From Treponemataceae bacterium (GTDB lineage: Bacteria; Spirochaetota; Spirochaetia; Treponematales; Rectinemataceae): a stretch of DNA of 64,000 nucleotides. Under the pieces are notes generated by a model. That model saw nothing but the letters and a program-made list of their open reading frames with translations. It was not told the DNA's origin and made no database searches. Of this stretch, positions 19,101 to 26,615 are shown one piece after another (position 1 is the stretch's first letter; every line of letters begins with the position of its first letter). The position numbers and the translations under genes are program-made. The DNA lies in the NCBI GenBank assembly GCA_963667725.2, contig CAXXHO010000005.1, forward strand, positions 672,001 to 736,000, given 5' to 3'.

Positions 19101-20557
19101 GCGAAGCGGTCGAAATCGGGGTCGAGCCCCACATCGTCGTAGCGGTACAGCACTACCCTGTCGAACTCGGCGAGGGGGATATCAGTACCCGAAAGAACGT
19201 CGCGAGGGGAAAAAGCGAAGGACTTGTCCCTGCCCGAAAGATCCATGCGGTACACGCGGCCGTAGAAGAGATTCGTTTCGGCGACAACTTGGGCTTTGGA
19301 CAAGAGTTCCTTTAGCGTTTTGAAAGAAGAAATCTCATAACGGCCAGCGTATTTTACAGGGCCGCTCACTTGGGCCTGACCCACGAGAAGCTCGGTGACC
19401 TTGCCGAAATAGACGAAGTCGCCGTCGGAGGCGAGCTTCGAGGAGAAGGAAGCGTTGGATAGATCGCCCGAGACAAGGCTTTTGCCCGATTCGGAGAAGC
19501 GAAGCAGCGTCACGCCGCCGGAGCGAGCCGAAGGCAGGGCGCCGCCCGCGAGCCCGAGCGCGGTCGCGATGCTGGTGTCGCCTTTCAGTTCATAGATGCC
19601 CGGTCGCTTGAGTTCGCCGGCCAAGGCCGCCACGGGACCGATGCCCGGCACGAAGAGGGAATCGCCCTCGCGAATGCGCAAGTCTATGGGAAGGCCTTTC
19701 ATAAGGCTGTCGTAAAAATCAATTTCCAGTTTTTCAGCCACACCCTTAGTCTGCCTCGTGAGCACGACCTTGCGCAGCGAACCCGTCTTCTTGATCCCGC
19801 CCGCCCTGGAGAGGACGGTGAGAATCGTATCGGCCCCGGAAGCGAGGACCGTGCCGGGATTCCCCGCATAGCCCGAAACGAAGACCGGGAACTGCCGCAA
19901 GGTGGCGAGGGTGAGGCTCATTTCGAGCTTCTTGTAGCGTCGATCGAGCATGCTCTTGATGACGGTCCGCACCGTGGCGAGATCCTGGCCCCATACCGCG
20001 ATCTGTCCGGCGGGAGGAAGGAAGATATATCCATTGCGGTCAACCGAGAGCGTATAGGAGGCTGAAATTTCCTTGATATCGACAGGATCGCCCCAGAGGT
20101 AGAGAACGAGGCTGTCGCCAGGTCCCAGCACATAATCGTCGCCGATGGAAGCGAGCGAGGGCGCTGTGGGCTTTTCGAAGAGCGAATAGCCGAACTGGGA
20201 AAGTTCCTGTGCGGGAGTGCCGAGGCCCGTGGCCATGCCGGCGAACATGGATTCAAGCGGAGAGTTGATGGCGTTAATCGGGGCGACAGTAGGAGCGGCG
20301 GTAGCCGACGTCCCCGGGGAAGCGAGGGCATTCACGGTAGGCTGTGCGGGAGCCGTGGTCGGTGCGGTTCCACCCGAAGCGCCCTGAGCGGCCAGCGCCT
20401 GCGCAATCGCCGCTTGGTCCATGGCTTGAGCGCCGGCTGAGAAGGATAAGCTCACCGCAAAAGCGAGCGAGCAGGTCAAGGCAATTGCTTTTCTTCTATT
20501 GATCGGCACTTTCAAACTCCGGATTCGTGGTGTTGCTTGTTCAGTATAATACATCAT
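13133..20557 (-). CDS. Giant SLBB-domain polysaccharide export protein (Wza/KpsD/OtnA-like), 2474 aa
   Basis: FGYSLF...DYVLGPGDSL Poly_export motif, many SLBB repeats, C-terminal LYPGDTVVV; true start may be slightly downstream. Confidence 0.88.
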   Translation of the reverse strand: MMYYTEQATPRIRSLKVPINRRKAIALTCSLAFAVSLSFSAGAQAMDQAAIAQALAAQGASGGTAPTTAPAQPTVNALASPGTSATAAPTVAPINAINSPLESMFAGMATGLGTPAQELSQFGYSLFEKPTAPSLASIGDDYVLGPGDSLVLYLWGDPVDIKEISASYTLSVDRNGYIFLPPAGQIAVWGQDLATVRTVIKSMLDRRYKKLEMSLTLATLRQFPVFVSGYAGNPGTVLASGADTILTVLSRAGGIKKTGSLRKVVLTRQTKGVAEKLEIDFYDSLMKGLPIDLRIREGDSLFVPGIGPVAALAGELKRPGIYELKGDTSIATALGLAGGALPSARSGGVTLLRFSESGKSLVSGDLSNASFSSKLASDGDFVYFGKVTELLVGQAQVSGPVKYAGRYEISSFKTLKELLSKAQVVAETNLFYGRVYRMDLSGRDKSFAFSPRDVLSGTDIPLAEFDRVVLYRYDDVGLDPDFDRFADTLVVSGPVKYPGFYLYKEGSTLSGLLSNNALTLDANPFYGEIIRKTASGAEEYFTFSPREILSGAKDSTLARLDKVRFVKRGADATTHDFDKFPDAVSLTGQVSRPEIYALGSGLKLSKILTKDQALLDTNLNYAEITRLKADGKNEYVTFRPSEVLDGSWDFELGSRDVVKLLKVGYAPAKPDFDRFSAAVQVTGPVQFGGLYAWRENMKLSSLLAKAKPSLVINQVYAEIVRPLGGDKFEYLTFSPKEVAAGIFDLSLKARDSVRFYTTVPATPLKQGVEVPAAVPAPAVPAAAEPVAATTAAPVPAPAAVGETTAPSIAAAVSTGMPSELSAESTADLGMFLEVVTVSGAVRYTGPWARTPTLKLSSVITVDQMLEETNLDYAELTRLKDDGSYEYQTFAPKDVLAKKFDLALQAKDSIRLVKKTAFGGALAPANIEKFADLVQLTGQAARPELFALLPGMKLSKILTKDRVLLDTNLNYAEITRLKADGKNEYLTFRPSEVLDGSWDFDLGSRDVVKLLKVGYAPAKPDFDRFSSAVQVIGPVQFGGLYAWKSGMKLSALLSLAQPAQETNKYYAEVVRPKGGGRYEYLTFAPREVADASFDLELQARDVVKLYTTAPAATAKLAAELPTETTTPATPVAGSTAPVSVAEVISEASPSDLGRFLEVVTISGTIRYIGPYARTPSLKLSSVITADQMLEETNLDYAELTRLKADGSSEYQTFAPREVLEGKYDLALQAKDSIRLVKKTIFGGTLGAVDIEKFADVVQLTGQAARPELFALLPGMKLSKILTKDQVLLDTNLNYAEITRLKADGKNEYVTFRPSEVLDGSWDFDLSARDMVKLLKVGYGPAKPDFDRFFAAVQVTGPVQFGGLYAWREDMKLSSLLAKSKPSLVINQVYAEIVRPLGGDKFEYLTFSPKEVAGGIFDLTLMARDSVRLYTTAPVSATKLGAETMGPDPAILTLPTAAPAEAASTEAVSTETTPVGPASPAVPVQSPGSPPAPASTVIAPAEASSVSPSDLGRFLEVVTVSGAVRYSGPWARTPTLKLSSVITADQMLEETNLDYAELTRLKADGSSEYATFAPREVLEGKFDLALRARDSIRLVKKTTFGGTLAAANVEKFADVVQLTGQVTKPELFALRPSMKLSTLITKDQMLLDTNLNYAEILRLRADGKNEYLTFRPGEVLSGAWDFEVGPRDQIKLVKVNYRPETPDFDRYPEAVLITGPTQFSGIFAWKRGMKLSAIQTMVKPLLIMNQVYAEIVRPLRGGKKQTVTFAPREVGSGIFDIELQPKDMIQYYSTLSPPVQNQTLGPINNGTQNGQITAISVEGAPPASSPAAPSAVGALSAPNSSDISPDVGFFLEIVNVSGVIRYVGPYARTPTLKLSSVVTSEQILQETNLDYAELTRRKPDGGWEFKSFSPREVLAGKMDMDLRAQDYIRFVNVGYLPEKPDFDHFGNAYAVVGSARRTGLYSTDAPKLLSEIITPEQIVSATYLYFAEIERWIMGGRIEYKTFSPYAVLVGLQDERIFPRDIIRLIPADEKTQTYDFSRNPDTVLIKGTTRYPGRYAWYEGLQLSHILAEDDILIETDTSYAEVRRRGMDSETILSFSPSSIVQGRTDVELQPRDNVIFYPKYSKLPVTASGEVQEPKVIPYYDNMEFSQVLRSVKLKIDLDSLKAVVTRTNGETLNIYLEEYLKRQSASKLVLQPGDAISFKRLLPEENLPIVTVRGAVQAPQSIEFKDGMRLADALQAAGGYDSRAYPKGIILIRRTAAENQKKQVDRIISQLEAVTGAGNALPNSTDTALSSAAAVVANLQIDLAVQRARLGSLKQMYKDGFGRISIDIPHTVEELARSSSNVVLERDDLIFVPTTPTYVLVSGEVSDQNVVAFRDGLTVRQAIAESGWVSNNADLQKTYIMRASGKLDSTEGKGFLFFRPSILKFELYPGDTVVVVAKSSKINVGWGYFKDIIDSGYKIMYTVMSTVSLLGL
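14730..18815 (-). repeat. Four tandem intragenic units of about 1 kb in the SLBB protein
   Basis: Repeated blocks DTNLNYAEITRLKADGKNEY / GPVQFGGLYAW / P-A-T-rich linker / ETNLDYAELTR; boundaries approximate. Confidence 0.85.
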
Positions 20558-20623
20558 TTTTATTTATTTCCTATAGTGACAAACATCGTGGATGTTTTCT
20601 AGAAACGGCAAAACATCAATTTT

Positions 20624-21610
20624 TCAAGCGGTCTGGGGACGCAGATGATCGTGCAGCCTGTTAAACAGGTGGGAACAGGTGCAGGTTTCATAAAAGGACT
20701 CCAGGTAATCCTGCCAGCCATGGGAAGGGAAGGAGAGGCTCGCGTGGATTTTGGAACAGGCGAGGTGACAGCAGGGCGGTCGCGGCGCCCTGCCGGGGGA
20801 GGTTTCGGCAGGGACGTGGCACAAGGCCACCGGGCGCTCGATGAGACGGTACTTCAAGGCAAGGCGGGCGTTTTCGGCCGCGAAACCGGCCCAGGATATT
20901 TTGCCATCATCAATATAATGGTAGATGCCGCCTGAAATCGGCAAGAAAGGCGTATTTTCGCCGGGGAAAAGGCTTAAGGAACCTTTTTCGCGGAGGGCCA
21001 TGCCGAGGAGGGCGTCGGCAAGGTTCCGGACCCAGGTGGGCGAGGCGACTTCGTCGTTGACGATGGCAAGATCGGTACCTGTCAGGGAAGCGCGGATGAG
21101 CCCAAGAAGGAGGTTGGCGAAGGGGCCGAACTCCTCGTCGCCATAGAGCCAGCCTGTGCGCAGGACGAGGGATGAGGGATTGGCGGCCAAGAGGGCACGC
21201 TCACCCTCAAGCTGGTACCGGCCAAGAACGTTGACCGGGCGGCAACTTCTCGATTCGGCGTAGCCGCGAGAGACAAGGTTGCCTGAAAAAACATAGTGCG
21301 TGCCCACTGAAATAAAGCGGACTTTGAGCCGCAAAGCCATGGCCGCCAGAAGGGACGGAAGGACGGCGCTTTGGTAGCGGGGATTATCAGGTTCGCGCTC
21401 GCAGCGATCGGGATCGAAGTCGGCCCCACAATAAATAAGATGGGTGAGGCGCGGGGCCGCTTTGAGCCTTGCCTCCAGGTCATCTAGCGCATGGGCACTG
21501 GGAGCGGCAAGCTCGGGCCCAGTACCGATAACCTCGACACGCAGCTTGCCGAAGGCCAATGAGGCGGCCTGGCCGAGCATCTTGTGTATTCCTACTATAC
21601 AGACTGCCAT
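20624..21610 (-). CDS. RmlD-like (dTDP-4-dehydrorhamnose reductase fold) protein with degenerate active site
   Basis: LRTGWLYG, VNDEVASPT and RAPRP are conserved, but GIHKMLG, GTHYVF and NVLGRYQ replace GxxGxxG, STDYVF and YGxSK. Confidence 0.7.
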   Translation of the reverse strand: MAVCIVGIHKMLGQAASLAFGKLRVEVIGTGPELAAPSAHALDDLEARLKAAPRLTHLIYCGADFDPDRCEREPDNPRYQSAVLPSLLAAMALRLKVRFISVGTHYVFSGNLVSRGYAESRSCRPVNVLGRYQLEGERALLAANPSSLVLRTGWLYGDEEFGPFANLLLGLIRASLTGTDLAIVNDEVASPTWVRNLADALLGMALREKGSLSLFPGENTPFLPISGGIYHYIDDGKISWAGFAAENARLALKYRLIERPVALCHVPAETSPGRAPRPPCCHLACSKIHASLSFPSHGWQDYLESFYETCTCSHLFNRLHDHLRPQTA

Positions 21611-21648
21611 GGTAATTATTTAAATTGTTTGCCGTTGCTTCAGGCGGT

Positions 21649-21687
21649 AAAGTTAAAAATTGGGGTCAGACCCCGATTTTTAACTTT
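21649..21687 (+). repeat. REP-like palindrome, copy 1
   Basis: AAAGTTAAAAATTGGGGTC-A-GACCCCGATTTTTAACTTT. Confidence 0.9.
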
Positions 21688-21689
21688 GT

Positions 21690-22802
21690 TCAGCGAGTGA
21701 TGTAGTTCTTCTCTATCCAGGTTCGGTACTCGCCTGAACGGACATGGGAGCACCATGCCTGGTTGTCCAGATACCAGCGGACGGTGGCGCGAAGGCCAGC
21801 GTCGAAGGTGAAATGTTGTTTCCAGCCAAGTTCATTTTTCAATTTGGAACAGTCGATGGCGTAGCGACGGTCGTGGCCGGGGCGATCTTTCACGTAGGTG
21901 ATGAGGGCTTCGAGGGAGGCTGGATTTCGGTTGCTCTCTTCAGCGACGAGGGCAATGAGACGGCGCAGGAGCGTGATGTTCTCCCATTCATTCTCGCCGC
22001 CGATGTTGTAGGTTTCGCCAGCCCGACCACGATTCATGATAGTCCACACCGCTTCATTGTGGTCTTCCACGTAGACCCAGTCGCGGATATTCCTGCCGTC
22101 GCCGTAGACGGGAAGCGCCTTCCCCTCGAGCATGTTGAGGATCATCAAGGGAATCAGCTTTTCCGGGAATTGATACGGTCCGTAATTGTTGGAACAGTTC
22201 GAGACTGTGACCGGGAGGCCGTAGGTGTGGAAGTAGGCTTTCGCCAGATGGTCGCTGGAGGCTTTGGATGCCGAATACGGCGAACGCGGATCGTAGGGTG
22301 TGGATTCTGTGAAATAGCCCGAGTCACCCAGGGAGCCGAATACCTCGTCGGTGCTCACATGATGGAAGAGAACATCGCCGCGGGCGCCGCCTGACGCGGC
22401 ACCTGCGGCACCGACGCCCCAGGCTTTTCGCGCGACATCGAGCAACGTATAGGTACCAAGGACATTCGTTCTGATGAACGCTTCGGGTCCGAGAATCGAG
22501 CGATCGACATGGCTTTCCGCGGCGAAATGAACCACCGTGTCGATGTCATAGTCGACAAAGACCTTCTCGACGAGGCCGCGGTCGGTGATATCGCCCTTGA
22601 CGAAAGCGTAGCGGGCGGCGGCGCTTGTGCCACCGAACCGCGCGTCGATATCGGCAAGACTCTCCGGATTCCCCGCATAGGTGAGCGCGTCCAGGTTGAT
22701 AACGCGTCCGGCGAAGTCAGGCCTGGCGAAAAGCCAGTGGATGAAGTTCGATCCAATGAAGCCCGAACCGCCGGTGACAAGTATTGAAGACAATTTTCTC
22801 AT
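21690..22802 (-). CDS. rmlB: dTDP-glucose 4,6-dehydratase
   Basis: TGGSGFIGSN, HFAAESHVDRSI, STDEV, YSASK and DRPGHDRRYAID motifs. Confidence 0.95.
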   Translation of the reverse strand: MRKLSSILVTGGSGFIGSNFIHWLFARPDFAGRVINLDALTYAGNPESLADIDARFGGTSAAARYAFVKGDITDRGLVEKVFVDYDIDTVVHFAAESHVDRSILGPEAFIRTNVLGTYTLLDVARKAWGVGAAGAASGGARGDVLFHHVSTDEVFGSLGDSGYFTESTPYDPRSPYSASKASSDHLAKAYFHTYGLPVTVSNCSNNYGPYQFPEKLIPLMILNMLEGKALPVYGDGRNIRDWVYVEDHNEAVWTIMNRGRAGETYNIGGENEWENITLLRRLIALVAEESNRNPASLEALITYVKDRPGHDRRYAIDCSKLKNELGWKQHFTFDAGLRATVRWYLDNQAWCSHVRSGEYRTWIEKNYITR

Positions 22803-22820
22803 TGGAATTCCCTTTCTTGG

Positions 22821-22857
22821 AAGTTAACAAATGGGGTCAGACCCCATTTGTTAACTT
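22821..22857 (+). repeat. REP-like palindrome, copy 2 (perfect)
   Basis: AAGTTAACAAATGGGGTC-A-GACCCCATTTGTTAACTT; encodes the end of the RAYT (KLTNGV*). Confidence 0.92.
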
Positions 22858-23589
22858 TATACGCTTGGAGATGGCAGCTGGACTGAGACCGAGGTAGCGG
22901 GCGATCTGCGATTGGCTGTAACCATCGCGAAGGGCACTTTCAATTGCTTCGTCGCGTACTGCACGCTCTATACCATCACGCTTACGCGCTAAATTCGCTA
23001 TAAGGAAATGCTGCGGGAGCGATTTGCACATGGCAAGCCTCAAGGAGTCAGGGGCTTCGGCATCAGCAGGCTTGACTCCGGCGACTTCGGCTCGCGGCAA
23101 GAACTTTGTGCTGAAGAATTCTGTAAGTTGGGCGATTTCTTCCTGGCTTAGCGCAGGATTTTTCGTGACCGAACTCGCCCAGGGGTATTCGCCGATCCGC
23201 GATGTCATGCCTTTTTTGATGGGATTACGCTCGATATATTTTATAAGAACGTTAAGGTACTTTTCATCGTGCACAAACCAGGATTTAAAACGGCCTTGCC
23301 AGAGAGAACCGACGCGGTCGTATTTACGATTAAAATATTGCGTATAGTCCTGGTCCAAGCGCTTGAGCGCTGACGAAAGATTCTCAAACCGCGTTTCCAA
23401 CAACAAATGATAATGATTCGGCATAAGGCAGTAGGCAACGACATCGAAATCAAAGGCCGATTTTTGGTTGTCGAGGAGGTCCAGGAATCGCCGACAATCT
23501 GGATCGTCCATAAAGATTAAGCGCTTTTCCACACCTCTGTTTATGACATGGTAGAGGCCGATCCGATTCATTCGCGGCAATCGCGACAT
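22837..23589 (-). CDS. REP-associated tyrosine transposase (RAYT; IS200/Y1 HUH family) with C-terminal HTH
   Basis: MSRLPR...YHVINRG, AYCLMPNHYHLL (HUH), LWQGRFKS, YIERNP (catalytic Tyr), YPWAS; C-terminal SQSQIARYLGLSPAAIS; GGAGG RBS before ATG 23589. Confidence 0.9.
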   Translation of the reverse strand: MSRLPRMNRIGLYHVINRGVEKRLIFMDDPDCRRFLDLLDNQKSAFDFDVVAYCLMPNHYHLLLETRFENLSSALKRLDQDYTQYFNRKYDRVGSLWQGRFKSWFVHDEKYLNVLIKYIERNPIKKGMTSRIGEYPWASSVTKNPALSQEEIAQLTEFFSTKFLPRAEVAGVKPADAEAPDSLRLAMCKSLPQHFLIANLARKRDGIERAVRDEAIESALRDGYSQSQIARYLGLSPAAISKRIKLTNGV

Positions 23590-23658
23590 GGCCAGGCACC
23601 TCCGCGTGCAATATTTATGCGCACGGCAGGCAGCTAAAAGATTCAAAGGCCGGGGCAA

Positions 23659-23695
23659 AAAGTTAAAAATTGGGGTCAGACCCCGATTTTTAACT
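23659..23695 (+). repeat. REP-like palindrome, copy 3
   Basis: AAAGTTAAAAATTGGGGTCAGACCCCGATTTTTAACT; encodes LKIGV* of the sugar transferase. Confidence 0.9.
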
Positions 23696-24374
23696 CGGCA
23701 GGGGGCTTAGGCAGATCCGCAAACCAGGTATTCCACAGCTGCGTCCGTGGGCTTACGAGCGACCACGCGGTTAGGAAAATGAGCGTGAAATAATTGCCGA
23801 GGCTCCTGTGCCGCGTCCACCAGACCTCGAGATCGCCCTTGTAGGGAGCGATGACGGTATCATGAAAATGGTCGCGGTCGCCCTGGATCTCGTCGAGAAT
23901 GGATTCCTCGTCGCGGAAAACCACGGATCCGATACCCGTGAGACCTGGCGGCACGGCGTCGATGGCGGCGCGCACCTGCGCCGAATACAGCTCGTAATGG
24001 CGCCTCGCCTGGGGGCGGGGACCCACGAAGCTCATCTGGCCCAGGAAAATGTTGGCGAGCTGGGGAAGTTCGTTGATCTTGGTTTTGCGCAGAAAATTGC
24101 CCATGGGGAGGATACGCGGATCATTCTTCTGCGTGAGGACGCCGCCCGGCAGGTTGGGGCTGTTTTTAAGCATGGTGGCGAACTTGAAAACATTGAAGTC
24201 GCGGCCGCCAAAGCCGACGCGGGGCTGGAGATAAAAAATATAGTGTTCGCCAGTGAGCTTCAGGCCGACCATGATGGGCAGCATGAAGGGGAAGAGAATG
24301 AGCATGGCGACAGAGGAAAAAATGATATCGAAGAGGCGTATGAGCATTGGCGCGAATGTAGACACTGAAGGCAT
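23676..24374 (-). CDS. Bacterial sugar transferase (priming phosphoglycosyl transferase)
   Basis: RLFDI, KFATM, DPRI, LRKTKINELPQL, MSFVGPRP and PGLTG motifs. Confidence 0.9.
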   Translation of the reverse strand: MPSVSTFAPMLIRLFDIIFSSVAMLILFPFMLPIMVGLKLTGEHYIFYLQPRVGFGGRDFNVFKFATMLKNSPNLPGGVLTQKNDPRILPMGNFLRKTKINELPQLANIFLGQMSFVGPRPQARRHYELYSAQVRAAIDAVPPGLTGIGSVVFRDEESILDEIQGDRDHFHDTVIAPYKGDLEVWWTRHRSLGNYFTLIFLTAWSLVSPRTQLWNTWFADLPKPPAELKIGV

Positions 24375-24384
24375 GGGCCGTCCT

Positions 24385-24424
24385 AAAGGTTGAAATTTGG
24401 GGTCAGACCCCGTTTGTTAACTTT
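24385..24424 (+). repeat. REP-like palindrome, copy 4
   Basis: AAAGGTTGAAATTTGGGGTCAGACCCCGTTTGTTAACTTT; encodes KLTNGV* of AbiEii. Confidence 0.88.
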
Positions 24425-25129
24425 TGAAGGTCATCGGCGAGAAGGGCTTGGAGGTAGCGCCAATAATCGTCGGAGAGAGCGGTATCGACAATCGGTCCCA
24501 ATGGGAGGAAGCGACGCATCTCGTTCCGGAAGTCTTCCCGGATCGAAGCATCAGCGCCGATACTCCCGATACGCGCCGTGAGTGAGTCAAAAAATCCTGA
24601 CGTCGTTTTATGGTGATCTAGTATTTTTTGGGCAATAAAATCGGTATTCAACGCGACACCCTGTCGCTCGAGCCAGGCAATATCCCATAGATCGCGGTTT
24701 TTAATTCTATTCGGCCTGAATGCCAGAGCGAGGAATTTATCGGCGAGTATTTCCTCCCGGCTCTGCGCGCGAAGGATGAGCCCCGAAGTTCCCATTTCCA
24801 CACCGTATCGATTGCGAAGCATCATGGGGCGGAATTCGTGGCTAGGGATCGAGCAGATATCGATATGGATACGTTGGGCTTTCAGATCTTTCCGCTCCGG
24901 CCGCGTCCGCACTATCACCTTCCACGTATCGACGTTCCCAGCCTCCCGAACCGTAACAAGCCCTAAGGCAGGTGCCTCCGATGAAGGTAAGCAGGACCAA
25001 CAGGCCAGCGTCGCTCATCAATCGCAGGATATCGTGATGGAGCAACTCCTTTTCGACGACAGGACGAAGCACCGCGAGTTCGGGGCTATTGCGGATCGCT
25101 TCGTCGACGAGCGCGTCAAAGAGGCTCAT
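24403..25129 (-). pseudogene. AbiEii-type nucleotidyltransferase toxin, frameshifted by an internal deletion
   Basis: N-terminal frame VEKELLH...FIGGTCLRACYGS; C-terminal frame EILADK...RDLWD; the expected R-x-S-E-D-L-D segment is missing near 24940. Confidence 0.75.
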
Positions 25130-25680
25130 CTTTCATCCTTTTGCGCAACGAGACTCATATCGACAAGATCCATGGGCCTTTTGGCCGAACGCATATCCGC
25201 AAGCGCGAGGGCGATCGAAGCCCGCCAGAGTCGACATTGCCCGTCCCAGCTTAGCTCAGAAGCGAGGCGCGAAGGATCTTTGCCGGTATGGATGAATTCG
25301 ATAGTGCCAAAGCCCTCGCACTCAATTTTTCCGGATCGACCCGAACTCATGACTGTAATCCAGGAAAATGGAATCTGGGATATGAGTCCCGCGTCAGATA
25401 GCACCGTTTCACGACTCAGATAATTGAAACGCTCGGCTCGCAGACGGGCCGCGGCATGGAACAGCACTCTATCCCGCGGGTAATCTACTTTTTCGTAGAT
25501 ATAGAGGTTCCTGCATAGCCGTTTCAGCGATCCCATCCTCGATGCCCTGGAAACGAGGGTCTTGAAGGTATCGTAGGATAACTCGGGCAAAAGAGCGTGG
25601 AGATCGCGCAGGGAGAAAAGGTAGTGCTCGCGGTCAGCAAGCCGCGCGAGTGTCTCAGAAAAGATCCTGACTGGCTGCAT
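25126..25680 (-). CDS. Type IV TA antitoxin, AbiEi family
   Basis: LKRLCRNLY and YLSRETVLSDAGLISQIP motifs; overlaps the abiEii start. Confidence 0.8.
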   Translation of the reverse strand: MQPVRIFSETLARLADREHYLFSLRDLHALLPELSYDTFKTLVSRASRMGSLKRLCRNLYIYEKVDYPRDRVLFHAAARLRAERFNYLSRETVLSDAGLISQIPFSWITVMSSGRSGKIECEGFGTIEFIHTGKDPSRLASELSWDGQCRLWRASIALALADMRSAKRPMDLVDMSLVAQKDER

Positions 25681-25712
25681 TTCCGCTCCGATCGACTGCT
25701 GATAAGCGGCAA

Positions 25713-25729
25713 GTTACACTAAGTGTAAC
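25713..25729. promoter_or_regulatory. Inverted repeat in the abiE promoter (likely autoregulatory operator)
   Basis: GTTACACT-A-AGTGTAAC lying between/over TCGACA-17-TAACTT on the minus strand. Confidence 0.55.
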
Positions 25730-25751
25730 CTAGTGTCGATCAAAATTCAAT

Positions 25752-25790
25752 AAAGTTAAAATTTGGGGTCAGACCCCGTTTGTTAACTTT
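25752..25790 (+). repeat. REP-like palindrome, copy 5
   Basis: AAAGTTAAAATTTGGGGTCAGACCCCGTTTGTTAACTTT; the PIN gene stop lies in the right arm. Confidence 0.9.
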
Positions 25791-26190
25791 TGGGCCAAAG
25801 AATCTTTAAGCCGAAATCCTTGAACCTCTCAAATTCTCCATCTTTACTCACTATCGTCATATTCCTTCGAATACATTGCCAGATCAACATTCTGTCGAAG
25901 GGATCATTGTGCGTGTTCTCGGCCAAGTTCACATAACTGCTCGCTTCCTCGGGAGTCAGGTCGATAAGCTGAAAATCCATCTTCTCCGCAAAAGAAATCA
26001 AGTCTTCAATAGGCAGGCCACCAAGATCCAGTTTCTTGATCCTTGTCTTTATCGCGATTTCCCAAAAAGTGACGGCACTAACAAAGACTTCATTGTGTGG
26101 ATTCTTGAGTTCCGACAGCACTTTTTCCGGCAAGGATTTGGATCGAGTGACCGACCAAAGAAATGCGCGGGTATCCAGCAGGTACTTCAT
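25783..26190 (-). CDS. vapC: PIN-domain (VapC) toxin
   Basis: YLLDT, VSAVTFWEIAIK, HNDPFDRMLI and VSKD motifs. Confidence 0.9.
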   Translation of the reverse strand: MKYLLDTRAFLWSVTRSKSLPEKVLSELKNPHNEVFVSAVTFWEIAIKTRIKKLDLGGLPIEDLISFAEKMDFQLIDLTPEEASSYVNLAENTHNDPFDRMLIWQCIRRNMTIVSKDGEFERFKDFGLKILWPKS

Positions 26191-26429
26191 TCCAGACCTA
26201 CGAGCTCTTCTTCCGTCATCTTGAAATCAGCAGAAAATCGTACCGTATACTTGCCGTCAAGAATCCCTAGTTTCCTTTCTTTCTTCTCTTCAAGGTCCTC
26301 GAAGGGTACAATCATCGCAACGGGCTTTTTCTTTTTACCATAGAGAATTCCAAACTTCTGGCCTTGCCGTACCTTTTCGAGAACTTCCGAGAATTGAGCC
26401 TTCAGCTCACCGACAGGCAGTGTTTTCAT
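26187..26429 (-). CDS. Phd/YefM-family antitoxin
   Basis: MKTLPVGELKAQFSEVLEKVRQG...PVAMIVP; overlaps the vapC start; TTGTCAAGTTGACAA palindrome at its -35. Confidence 0.85.
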   Translation of the reverse strand: MKTLPVGELKAQFSEVLEKVRQGQKFGILYGKKKKPVAMIVPFEDLEEKKERKLGILDGKYTVRFSADFKMTEEELVGLE

Positions 26430-26493
26430 ACCCAAAGCGTACCTATACTATTTTTGTTTGTCAAGTTGACAAGTTTGATTTCGATACATTGTT

Positions 26494-26526
26494 GGACAGG
26501 ATACCAGGACCGCCAGAATGTACAGG
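26494..26526. repeat. Family-2 repeat, degenerate half copy
   Basis: GGACAGGATACCAGGACCGCCAGAATGTACAGG, 8 bp upstream of REP copy 6. Confidence 0.6.
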
Positions 26527-26534
26527 AAAGCTAT

Positions 26535-26561
26535 AAAAGTTAAAAATTGGGGTCAGACCCC
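26535..26561 (+). repeat. REP-like copy 6 (left arm + core)
   Basis: AAAAGTTAAAAATTGGGGTCAGACCCC. Confidence 0.88.
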
Positions 26562-26615
26562 GGTTCTATCGCGGAACCGTTTGACATAGTATCGGTTCTG
26601 CGGTAGACTCGATCT

